A stretch of DNA of 49,966 bases from a virus (taxonomy: Duplodnaviria > Caudoviricetes): IMG/VR virus record IMGVR_UViG_3300017785_006608, positions 1 through 49,966 of that record; one strand, written 5' to 3'. A program made the translations under genes and the position numbers. This document shows, piece by piece, positions 36,828 through 44,753 of the stretch (its first letter is position 1; every line of letters begins with the position of its first letter). The notes under the pieces are model-generated. The model saw only the letters and a list, made by a program, of their open reading frames with translations, was not told the origin of the DNA and did not search any database.

Positions 36828-37265
36828 TTAGTACTCCTTGAGGGAAAGAACCTTGAGCGCGTTCAGGTTGAGGACCAGGACCGGGACTCCTGAATCCGTG
36901 TGGGTGATCTTCTTGGGCAGCGGCAGCCACCCCGTCCGATCCTTGAGAGAGAAGTTCTGCACCACGTCGCAGGGGATGAGCCAGTAGGTATCCTCCCGCT
37001 TCATGTAGTAGATCCCGACTACGAGTGCCCCCGTGTCGTGGAGCATCTTCATCTTCGCTTTCTGGACCGGCGAGAAGTAGTTGCCCTCCATCTTGAGCTC
37101 GGCGCCGAAGAACTGGCCGCGGATGGAGCCGATGATGTCCGGGATACCGGACGGGTCGTACTCACTCGCGTGGAACTTCCAGATGAAGTTCTCGCCAGGG
37201 AAGGCCGCGCCAACCGAACGGGTGAACAGCTTGACGAGGTCGGATTCGAGATTGGTGGGGGGCAT
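36828..37265 (-). CDS. VRR-NUC / Holliday junction resolvase-like nuclease
   Basis: LESD...SGIPDIIG...FFGAELK...SPVQ PD-(D/E)xK pattern; TGATG coupling. Confidence 0.88.
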   Translation of the reverse strand: MPPTNLESDLVKLFTRSVGAAFPGENFIWKFHASEYDPSGIPDIIGSIRGQFFGAELKMEGNYFSPVQKAKMKMLHDTGALVVGIYYMKREDTYWLIPCDVVQNFSLKDRTGWLPLPKKITHTDSGVPVLVLNLNALKVLSLKEY

Positions 37266-37507
37266 CAGTAGAACAGCCTTTGTTGAGGTTCCGGCTTCTT
37301 CTCCACCACCCACCGCGACACGTCCAGGAAGACGTAGGCCAGCGGGGCTTTGAACTCGTTCTTTGCCCTCATCTTGATGCGGATGATGACGCGGTCGCCA
37401 GGCAGGACACCTATGAGGCGTGCCCACTTACCACCGTAGTTGGAGGTCGTGCCCGTGAAGGGGTTGAGGAGGCGGGACTGGGGGATGATCCTAATCCTCT
37501 TGCCCAT
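37265..37507 (-). CDS. Hypothetical protein
   Basis: Coupled at both ends. Confidence 0.75.
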   Translation of the reverse strand: MGKRIRIIPQSRLLNPFTGTTSNYGGKWARLIGVLPGDRVIIRIKMRAKNEFKAPLAYVFLDVSRWVVEKKPEPQQRLFY

Positions 37508-37674
37508 TACTTCTTCTCCTTCGCGGCGACCGCCGCCTGCTCGTAGAGGTCCGCTTGCTTGTCATTCCCCATCAGACGGTTCTTCATTGCCGACGCGGAG
37601 AACTGCTGGTGGAGGGGAAGGAGGTAGTTACGCTCCTTGGTGGCGAGCATCTTGATCATCTTGTCTTGGTTCAT
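37507..37674 (-). CDS. Small hypothetical protein (55 aa)
   Basis: Not in the track; MNQDKMIKMLATKERNY...; ATGA and TAATG overlaps. Confidence 0.75.
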   Translation of the reverse strand: MNQDKMIKMLATKERNYLLPLHQQFSASAMKNRLMGNDKQADLYEQAAVAAKEKK

Positions 37675-39404
37675 CGACCGGCTCCGAACAGTGAGTGCTG
37701 GCGGGATTGCACGTTGGACTTGAGGGGGAAGTTGGAGATGACGAACTCGCCCTTGTCCATGCGAGCATCGCCAGCACCGGCCATCGAGTAGCGGACGTAG
37801 ACCTTCTCCAAGTGAAAGACCGGGGTTCCGTCGGGCCGCTTGAAGGACCCGTAGAGCGCGCGCAGGTCGTCGTGGTCGGAGTTGGTCTGGATGAGTTGGT
37901 TGCCCATCTGGTCAATCTCGTAGCAGAGATTGGCGAGGTTCACTTGGTCTTTCCACCCGAACGCCGACTCACCTTGGAACGTCTTGTACCCCGCCGTCTG
38001 CCAGTAAGGCGGATCGAGATAGAAGAACACTCGACCAGGAGGATAACTCGCGGCGGGGAGGTTCTTGTTACAGGACCGGATGATTCGCTCGTAACCAGTC
38101 GAGCGAATGTTGACGCGGCGCAGGCGCTTCGCAACCTTGATGAGATGGGACTCATCAATCGAAAGGTCCAGAAGGACGTGAGGTGAACTTGCGTACGAAG
38201 AGTAATCTCCCTTGGCATTGAACGCAGACTGAGAGCCAAGGTAAAACGCAACGGCTCGTTCGATCCCTCGGAGCTTGCGGGCGGCCAGCAGGTCACGAAG
38301 GCCAAGTACCACGGCTTCGTGGTTCGGGATGGCATTGATGTACCTCGCCAAGCGCGTGGGGTCCAAGCGGACGTGGTGGAAGAAGGACGCCATGTCCCCG
38401 TCGAAGTCGTTGATGATCTCAATCTTCGACTCGGGCTTCCAGAGGGTCATCTTTACGGAGCCCATGAAGGGCTCGACGTAGGTGTGGTGCGGAGGGAAGT
38501 TCTCCACAAGGAAGGTACGCAGTTGGGACTTAGCTCCCATGCGGGCGATGACGCTTTCCAGCGGCAGGCAGAAGGAAGGCTCGCCGTCCGGCTCGGTGAC
38601 GTTGAAGCCGGTGAGCTTCTCCCAGTCCTCGATCTCCACGTAGGAGTAGTCCTGCTCCAGTCGGAACCCCTGCTCGTTCGGCTCCGGGAGGAACGTGTGG
38701 GTTACGGGACCGAGCTTCCCGGGGAGGAACTCCATTTCGACGGATCGAGCCCCTTCTGCGAGAGGAAGTCCAGGTAGCGAGAAGTCCTCTGCTTCCTCTG
38801 GTCCTCCCACCACAATCGATCCTGGAGCCTCCAGGCGTCGAGAAGCATCTGCTCGCAGTTCGTCAAGAACGTCTCCAAGGGGACGGAGACTTGCTTGTAC
38901 TCCTGCTGCTGGCGCCACTCCTTCTTCCACGTCAGGTGGTTGATGTGGAGCGGACACCACCCGCGGTTCTCCGCGTGACTTGCCCGCAGGTTGAGCAGGA
39001 ACAAGTCCAAGGGCCTCTCGCACACGAAGCAGATGGGAGTCTCGGGATTCACCTGCACGGCGACGGAGACGGGTGTCTTCGCCCCCATCCGATAGATGAT
39101 CTCCTTCATGTACGACGCTTCCGTCCAGGTCTCCGCTTTCCCCTGCCGCTCCACCGGGAGCTTGAGGCAGTACGAGCTCAGGTCCTGGTGATCCAGTCCC
39201 TCCGGGAACGGCTCCGGGAGCGGGATGTTCGGGACCCACACTTCCTCGTCCGCTTCCTGCGTCACGAGGTACGTCGGGACTACTGCCAGCAGTCGGGCCG
39301 GGATGTCCGACGTGTCCACCGGGGAGAACTCCAACGTCACGCGCAGTACCGCCATCACGATGCTCCTTCAACTTCTTGAGCTTGGCGAGGAAGTCGATGG
39401 ACAT
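37671..39404 (-). CDS. D12-class N6-adenine DNA methyltransferase with long disordered N-terminal extension
   Basis: RMGAK, YVEPFMGS, EIINDFD and FFYLDPPY motifs. The true start could be 39404 (TAATG-coupled) or near 38735. Confidence 0.92.
   Translation of the reverse strand: MSIDFLAKLKKLKEHRDGGTARDVGVLPGGHVGHPGPTAGSSPDVPRDAGSGRGSVGPEHPAPGAVPGGTGSPGPELVLPQAPGGAAGESGDLDGSVVHEGDHLSDGGEDTRLRRRAGESRDSHLLRVREALGLVPAQPAGKSRGEPRVVSAPHQPPDVEEGVAPAAGVQASLRPLGDVLDELRADASRRLEAPGSIVVGGPEEAEDFSLPGLPLAEGARSVEMEFLPGKLGPVTHTFLPEPNEQGFRLEQDYSYVEIEDWEKLTGFNVTEPDGEPSFCLPLESVIARMGAKSQLRTFLVENFPPHHTYVEPFMGSVKMTLWKPESKIEIINDFDGDMASFFHHVRLDPTRLARYINAIPNHEAVVLGLRDLLAARKLRGIERAVAFYLGSQSAFNAKGDYSSYASSPHVLLDLSIDESHLIKVAKRLRRVNIRSTGYERIIRSCNKNLPAASYPPGRVFFYLDPPYWQTAGYKTFQGESAFGWKDQVNLANLCYEIDQMGNQLIQTNSDHDDLRALYGSFKRPDGTPVFHLEKVYVRYSMAGAGDARMDKGEFVISNFPLKSNVQSRQHSLFGAGR
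37940..38335 (-). CDS. Candidate overprinted gene inside the methyltransferase (131 aa)
   Basis: GAGGT-6nt-ATG; alternative frame is open over the segment where host GC3 falls. Confidence 0.4.
   Translation of the reverse strand: MPSRTTKPWYLAFVTCWPPASSEGSNEPLRFTLALSLRSMPREITLRTQVHLTSFWTFRLMSPISSRLRSACAASTFARLVTSESSGPVTRTSPPRVILLVECSSISIRLTGRRRGTRRSKVSRRSGGKTK
38702..39358 (-). CDS. Hypothetical protein overlapping the methyltransferase N-terminal extension
   Basis: AAGGAG SD, globular composition, high GC3 in this frame, CFVC...CPLH zinc-like motif. Confidence 0.8.
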   Translation of the reverse strand: MMAVLRVTLEFSPVDTSDIPARLLAVVPTYLVTQEADEEVWVPNIPLPEPFPEGLDHQDLSSYCLKLPVERQGKAETWTEASYMKEIIYRMGAKTPVSVAVQVNPETPICFVCERPLDLFLLNLRASHAENRGWCPLHINHLTWKKEWRQQQEYKQVSVPLETFLTNCEQMLLDAWRLQDRLWWEDQRKQRTSRYLDFLSQKGLDPSKWSSSPGSSVP

Positions 39405-40978
39405 TAGAAGTATTCCTCCACCAGATCCACCAGATCCGACAGGTCAGGCACGGTAGCACGGGCGATGATCTTCTTGCACAGATCCTCCTTACCCCGTAGA
39501 CGGGCCAGCGCGGTGATGCGAGTCTCCACGCGGCGCACGCCTTCATCTACGAGGGCGGGATCCCCGATGAGGATGAGGTCATCCTTCGCACGGGACGCCC
39601 CCGTGTAGAGCAGGTTCCTCGTGATAGCAAAGGCGTGGCGCGGGTCCAGGACCATGATCACGACCGGGGACTCCGAGCCCTGCGACTTGTGGATCGTGCC
39701 GGCGTAGAACCAGTCGACGTACTTGTGGAGGTCGTAGTCCTCCAACTCGTAGATGCGGCCCTGGTCGTTACGGATGATCGCTTGCCGGGCCGACCGCTTG
39801 TAGTCTTCCAGCGTCCCAACCTCCCCGTTGACGAACCCCTGCTTGTAGTCGTTCACAGTGAACATGACCCGGTCTCCACGCGTGAACTTGCTCTTGCCGA
39901 GGGTGCGCTCGGGGAGCAAGTGATGGGAGATGATCTCGTTCAGCTTCTCCGTAGACGAATCCAGCTTGGCTTGCTTCATCGGGGTGATGATGAGGCACTG
40001 ACGGGGAATGTCGGTGAGGCGGAACTTGTCGGCCAGGTAGCCGGAGGTGTAGCAGTCCACCACCCGAGCCTCGATCTCTCCCTTGGGGTAGCGATGGACG
40101 TGGACGTTGGGGAACGACCGTCCGTTCAACCCTCGCCCCTGACGAATCTCCCCTACGAGGTCGATGATGCCGTTGCCCGTCGCCTGCCGCTGTACCTCGG
40201 TGAGAGTGAACAACGGGAGCCACCCACTGTAGATGAAGTCCCGGAACGGCGCGCCGGCTCCGACCGGGAGAAGCTGGTCCACGTCGCCTACGAAGATGAC
40301 ATTGGTCTCGGGACGCAGGGCATCTACGAGGTAGCCCATGAGAGAGGCATCGATCATGCTGCACTCATCCACGAACAGCACGTCCAGGTCCAGCTTGCGG
40401 TAGCTGTTGTACGCGGGCGACTGACCAGGGATGAGGCCGAGCAGGCGGTGGATGGTGCAGGGCTGGACCATGCCGCGGAGCTTGCTCGCCAGCACGGACG
40501 CGGCCTTGCCGGTCGGAGCGCATACCTCCACGATCTTGTTGGAGGCAATCAGCTTCTCGATCATCTCGCCGATGAGGAACGTCTTGCCGGTCCCGGGCCC
40601 GCCATTTAGGATCCCTACCCCGCGCCGTGAAAGCCCTGCCCACGCTACGCACTGGGAAGCACTGTAGCGTGCCTCGGGCGGGGGGCCAAGGGGTAGGGTA
40701 GGGGGCGAACCGAAAGCCCTACAGCGGGCCTCCCAGGTGGCAATACGGGCCTCGCCCACAAGCCCCGAAGCGGAGGCAAAGAGTGGAGGACTGCCGTCGA
40801 GGAAGATCAGATCTCCTTCCTCATAGAGCGGGTGGAGCTCGTGCTTCTGCCAAGTGAGCTTACTAACTCGCTGAAGACGAGCCACCAAGGAAGCGTCAGC
40901 AGCGGTGTGTCCCTGCTCACCAGCGAGCTTGAGCAAGCGCAGAGAAGCGTGGGTCATGCGACCAGTGGGAGCGGGCAT
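39404..40978 (-). CDS. RecD-like SF1B helicase
   Basis: GGPGTGKT, CAPTGKAA, TIHRLL, VDECSM, GDVDQL and TIHKSQGSE. Confidence 0.95.
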   Translation of the reverse strand: MPAPTGRMTHASLRLLKLAGEQGHTAADASLVARLQRVSKLTWQKHELHPLYEEGDLIFLDGSPPLFASASGLVGEARIATWEARCRAFGSPPTLPLGPPPEARYSASQCVAWAGLSRRGVGILNGGPGTGKTFLIGEMIEKLIASNKIVEVCAPTGKAASVLASKLRGMVQPCTIHRLLGLIPGQSPAYNSYRKLDLDVLFVDECSMIDASLMGYLVDALRPETNVIFVGDVDQLLPVGAGAPFRDFIYSGWLPLFTLTEVQRQATGNGIIDLVGEIRQGRGLNGRSFPNVHVHRYPKGEIEARVVDCYTSGYLADKFRLTDIPRQCLIITPMKQAKLDSSTEKLNEIISHHLLPERTLGKSKFTRGDRVMFTVNDYKQGFVNGEVGTLEDYKRSARQAIIRNDQGRIYELEDYDLHKYVDWFYAGTIHKSQGSESPVVIMVLDPRHAFAITRNLLYTGASRAKDDLILIGDPALVDEGVRRVETRITALARLRGKEDLCKKIIARATVPDLSDLVDLVEEYF

Positions 40979-41163
40979 TATTTATCCTCGAAAGCGGGGC
41001 AATCCGCGTCTTCGTTCTTCTCCAGCCACTTGCGCTGGCTTTCTCCGTGGCCTCCTTTCCCGTTTACTCGCACCATAGCTACTCGCAACCAGCGGTAGAC
41101 TTCCTTGTTCTGGTCTTGGACCTTACAATCGGGACCGTTCTTACAGAAGTTACAGTTAAGCAT
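40978..41163 (-). CDS. Small Cys-containing protein
   Basis: AAGGAG SD; MLNCNFCKNGPDC...CPAF. Confidence 0.75.
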   Translation of the reverse strand: MLNCNFCKNGPDCKVQDQNKEVYRWLRVAMVRVNGKGGHGESQRKWLEKNEDADCPAFEDK

Positions 41164-44100
41164 GACGCTCGTGCTCCTTGCGGGTAGTGAGGTACTCGGC
41201 GATCCGCTCCTTGATGCGGTCGTCCGTGAACCGGTAGAAACGTCCATCCTTAGTGAGGAGTCCGTGGGTCATGTGGGCCAGGCGAATGAAGTGCTGCGCG
41301 CCCATGTTGTCCAGCACGTCCGACACGTCGTCCCGTGAGAAGCGTTCGGCTACAGTGAGGAAGTGGAGGTTCTCGTAGCGACGGACCTGATCGAACAGCT
41401 TGACAATGTCCCCCGGCAGCGTCGCCATCGAGGACTTGAGGTGCAGGAACTTGGAGTAGTTCCGCTCGATGAAGTCGCACGCGGCGTCGACGTGCTCGCG
41501 TCCGACTACGAGGTTGTATCCGTCGGTGGAGTAGACCAGTCCGGCCAACCCAGCCGCCAGCCGTGCGACCTTGAAGCGAGCCATCGCAGGAAGAAGAAGG
41601 GTGTTTCCTCCGAATCGTTCGGAAAGCTCGGCAGCGCGCACGAGTACATGTTGGGGATCCACGATGCGGATGCGATCTCTGGTGAGGGACCAAGCCCAGC
41701 CCAGGTGGTAGCGGGCGAGGTCAGTAGTCCATCGGTGCTCACCAGCAGGGACGTGCTGTCGAGTGAAGAGAGATCGGTCACGCAGTTCGTGCTGGATGTG
41801 CAAGTACTCAAGCCGGCCGAGATCCTGCACAGTGCCCATGACTTCGAGCGCTGCTTCGTAGGCGTCCACGGATTTGAGCGATTTGGATCCGCGCGGATTA
41901 GTGAGGTAAAGCATACGAACGTGAGCGAGAGTTGACCGATCACCGTTGGCGGTGAGACGCTCAGCCATACCAGAGGACAGGAGATTAGTGAGACGTCCCA
42001 CGTCTTCAAGCGGCAGCTTAGAAAACTCATCGAGTCCCACATGGGCCCGGTGAGAGGTGGGAAGGAGTCCCCAAGAGAATGCCATACGATTGCCATGAGG
42101 AATGTTACCCCCGACCAAGCCGACGAACGTGGGCTTGGCGTCCATGGTCTTGAACCGCCCCGCGCCGAAGTGCCGGTTGAGGTTCTTAGTGACCGTGCTC
42201 TTGCCAACCGTGGTGTCGCCCAGGACCATGACGGCCGGGCAGACACGCTCCGAGTTCTGGTCGCCGATCTTGATCTGGAACGGCAGAAAGTAGCTCAACA
42301 GGATGGCCAAGGTCATCTCGTCGGAGCCGTAAATCTTGGTGACGTAGTCCCGCACGTCGGCTACGAGGGAGAAGATACGCTCGGTGACCGTGCCATCCCC
42401 GTGTACCACCCCCCGTAGACGCTCCGACATCTCGTCGTTGTTCTGATGGTGGAGGATGTCGCCGTGCGCGGCCTTGAACTCGCGGATAGCGATGGTAAAC
42501 TGCGAGGTCTTGGGGTTGGAGATGAGGTGACCACCGAACGTGTACGTAGTGTTCTCCCGGATCTCAATCCGGTCCTCGCGGATCAGGAACCCGCTACGGT
42601 GGGAGAACTCGAAGTCGGTCTTGTCGTCCCCGGTTGGGGAGTGAATGTCCACGGTGGGGGTGAAGATGACTTGTTCGACCGCTGACTGGTCAATGCGATA
42701 CTCCGCGAACGTACACTTGACCGGCACTCCCAGCGACCCAGCCAGCAGTTTCTGGATGATGTCCTTGGGGGTGCCCACCATCTCGACCTGCTGCTCGGCG
42801 GTCAACTCTACGAACGTCTGGTAGCCGGCCGAGGGGAGGCGACACCCCTTGCAGATGGGCATAGGGTCAGTCCGCCCCACCACGCACGATACCTCGCACC
42901 GCCGGGGGACGACGTATGGTGCCTCACCACGGCCGGAGACCATGCCGTCAAAGCGGACCCAAGCTCCGACGTTGACGGGGTTGACCAGATCACGGAACGC
43001 GACCTGCCGCATGTCGTCCCACAGGACCTCACGCTTATGTGCCGCACCCACTCCTCCCACGTCCTCGGTGAGGGGAAGCTCTTGACGTTCGACCTTGACC
43101 CAATCCAGATACTCCAGCGCAGCAGCATCCCATCCTGCCTTCTTGAGGAAGTCTGTTACGTCGCCCTTGTCCGGGAGCTCCGCGGCTACTTCGGCAGGCC
43201 ATCGTCCGGCTTCCACGGAAGCTCCGACGTTGGCCAGAACTTGGGCAAGTCCCACCACTCCTTTGTCGTTCGGTCCATTAGTTCCTGGTTCCCGTCCGAA
43301 CGTACCATCAACGCCAGTCTGGTCGACGTCGAGCAGAACGCGAACGGATTTCCCAATAAAGAGAGGTAGTAGTTCCTCAGCGTATTGGCCCTCTCCTCCC
43401 GTCCAAGCCACCGCCGGTACCCCAAGCTGGTTGAGTAGAAGGGCTTTGAGTTCACCTCCGACAACGTATACGAAAGGGGAATCATACATCACCTGCATGG
43501 GGTAGAGGTACGGGCCACCATGACCCTTCACGCTGATGACCTTTCCCAGCCCACCGTCCCACTTCGGTTGCCACCCCCACAACTCCTGGTCCGTCAGGCA
43601 TTGGGGAGTGATGATGTCCGGACGCTTCCGAGAAACGACCGGGTTCTCCTTGGTGGAGGACTCGTGTTCCCACACGCAGAAGGTACGGAAAACGTCATGC
43701 TTGCGGACGTTGACGATGCGGTGCAAGGCACCGAGCGCTCGCCCGTCCTTGTTGATGCCACGACCAGAGACGTCTACGAACACGGGGATGAGTACTCGTC
43801 CCGATCCGGGATGCTTGTCGTAGCCGATGCAATACTTCTGGAGCGTCTCCTTGTTGATCCCGTACCGCCCCATCATGAACTGGAGGCGCGGAGCGTCCGT
43901 GTCCCACCAGGCGACCGCACTGATGACGGAGTCGCGAACCTTGGCGTCGGCGACGATGTTGAACTTGGAAGTCTTGTCCCCCGCCTTGACCTGCTTGGCG
44001 TAGACGGGCTTCGTATTGTTGCCCGCCTTCTTCCACAGTCCATACTTCTGGAGCAGGTTCTGGAGGGTAGTGGGAAAGTCCCACCCCTTCATCTTCATGT

Positions 44101-44323
44101 AGAGGGAGAAGATGTCGCCGTGCTCCCCGCAGGTGTGACACTTCCAACCGCCATGCTTGGGGTTGAAGGACAGCGAGGGGGACTTATCTCCGTTGGTGTG
44201 GTTACCGGAGTTGAAGCAGCGTCGGACGTTACCCTTCCCACTACCGAGGAGTTCATCGAACTCCGAAGTCGGGTTGAGTGCGTCTACGAGAAGGGATTTG
44301 ACGTTACGATCCACGGTGGGCAA
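41156..44323 (-). CDS. Primase-helicase: CHC2 zinc finger + TOPRIM + MCM-like AAA+ domain
   Basis: CF...H...CHTC zinc finger; GGELKA and LLDVD TOPRIM; LGDTTVGKS, WGLLP...VGLDEFSKL and LTNPRG are MCM-like. Confidence 0.88.
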   Translation of the reverse strand: MPTVDRNVKSLLVDALNPTSEFDELLGSGKGNVRRCFNSGNHTNGDKSPSLSFNPKHGGWKCHTCGEHGDIFSLYMKMKGWDFPTTLQNLLQKYGLWKKAGNNTKPVYAKQVKAGDKTSKFNIVADAKVRDSVISAVAWWDTDAPRLQFMMGRYGINKETLQKYCIGYDKHPGSGRVLIPVFVDVSGRGINKDGRALGALHRIVNVRKHDVFRTFCVWEHESSTKENPVVSRKRPDIITPQCLTDQELWGWQPKWDGGLGKVISVKGHGGPYLYPMQVMYDSPFVYVVGGELKALLLNQLGVPAVAWTGGEGQYAEELLPLFIGKSVRVLLDVDQTGVDGTFGREPGTNGPNDKGVVGLAQVLANVGASVEAGRWPAEVAAELPDKGDVTDFLKKAGWDAAALEYLDWVKVERQELPLTEDVGGVGAAHKREVLWDDMRQVAFRDLVNPVNVGAWVRFDGMVSGRGEAPYVVPRRCEVSCVVGRTDPMPICKGCRLPSAGYQTFVELTAEQQVEMVGTPKDIIQKLLAGSLGVPVKCTFAEYRIDQSAVEQVIFTPTVDIHSPTGDDKTDFEFSHRSGFLIREDRIEIRENTTYTFGGHLISNPKTSQFTIAIREFKAAHGDILHHQNNDEMSERLRGVVHGDGTVTERIFSLVADVRDYVTKIYGSDEMTLAILLSYFLPFQIKIGDQNSERVCPAVMVLGDTTVGKSTVTKNLNRHFGAGRFKTMDAKPTFVGLVGGNIPHGNRMAFSWGLLPTSHRAHVGLDEFSKLPLEDVGRLTNLLSSGMAERLTANGDRSTLAHVRMLYLTNPRGSKSLKSVDAYEAALEVMGTVQDLGRLEYLHIQHELRDRSLFTRQHVPAGEHRWTTDLARYHLGWAWSLTRDRIRIVDPQHVLVRAAELSERFGGNTLLLPAMARFKVARLAAGLAGLVYSTDGYNLVVGREHVDAACDFIERNYSKFLHLKSSMATLPGDIVKLFDQVRRYENLHFLTVAERFSRDDVSDVLDNMGAQHFIRLAHMTHGLLTKDGRFYRFTDDRIKERIAEYLTTRKEHERHA
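41506..42096 (-). CDS. Candidate overprinted gene inside the helicase domain (196 aa)
   Basis: Alternative frame is open; host GC3 drops at the ATG and recovers after the TAG; GGGGGT upstream. Confidence 0.45.
   Translation of the reverse strand: MAIVWHSLGDSFPPLTGPMWDSMSFLSCRLKTWDVSLISCPLVWLSVSPPTVIGQLSLTFVCFTSLIRADPNRSNPWTPTKQRSKSWALCRISAGLSTCTSSTNCVTDLSSLDSTSLLVSTDGLLTSPATTWAGLGPSPEIASASWIPNMYSCALPSFPNDSEETPFFFLRWLASRSHGWRLGWPDWSTPPTDTTS
43186..43485 (-). CDS. Candidate overprinted gene inside the TOPRIM domain (99 aa)
   Basis: AGGT-5nt-ATG; host uses rare CTA/GTA/GGA codons over this span; balanced protein composition. Confidence 0.5.
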   Translation of the reverse strand: MIPLSYTLSEVNSKPFYSTSLGYRRWLGREERANTLRNYYLSLLGNPFAFCSTSTRLALMVRSDGNQELMDRTTKEWWDLPKFWPTSELPWKPDDGLPK

Positions 44324-44337
44324 CCCTGGTCGAGAAG

Positions 44338-44649
44338 TTAGGCGTGAGCCGAGTAGTCGTAGCTCGGATTCATCGTCGCCAGGTGGACCGTCAGACCGTG
44401 CTGCACGCGCCAGTAGCTAAGGATGTCGGGGATCATGCTCCGCTCGAAGTCTTGCGGCGCGGTGATGGAGATGATGGTGGTGGTGTGTCGCTTCGCCGTC
44501 TCGGCCAGCCCGTAAGCCTGAACCTTGATCTCCGACAGCGTCATGTCCTCCATGACGCGAAGCCCTTCGGCGTCCAGGTCTTCGAGGGACCGAACAAGAA
44601 GGGTCTTTCCGGAGTGAGGAAGACCGAACAGAAGGATGATGGTCTTCAT
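44338..44649 (-). CDS. Small P-loop-like protein
   Basis: IILLFGLPHSGKT; only 103 aa. Confidence 0.75.
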   Translation of the reverse strand: MKTIILLFGLPHSGKTLLVRSLEDLDAEGLRVMEDMTLSEIKVQAYGLAETAKRHTTTIISITAPQDFERSMIPDILSYWRVQHGLTVHLATMNPSYDYSAHA

Positions 44650-44753
44650 TACTTACCCCGGAGCCAGTTGAAGAGGTCGATCAGAACCAGGACACACATG
44701 CCGAGGAAGATCCCCAGCGTAGTGTAGTAGAGCATCTGGAGGAAGATGATCAT
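44649..44753 (-). CDS. Small single-TM protein (34 aa)
   Basis: MIIFLQMLYYTTLGIFLGMCVLVLIDLFNW; coupled at both ends. Confidence 0.7.
   Translation of the reverse strand: MIIFLQMLYYTTLGIFLGMCVLVLIDLFNWLRGK

Noticed and set aside
40600-40978. Nested gene in the low-GC3 RecD N-terminus
   Set aside because: The +1 frame has several stops; kept as a caution that low GC3 alone is not evidence of overprinting.
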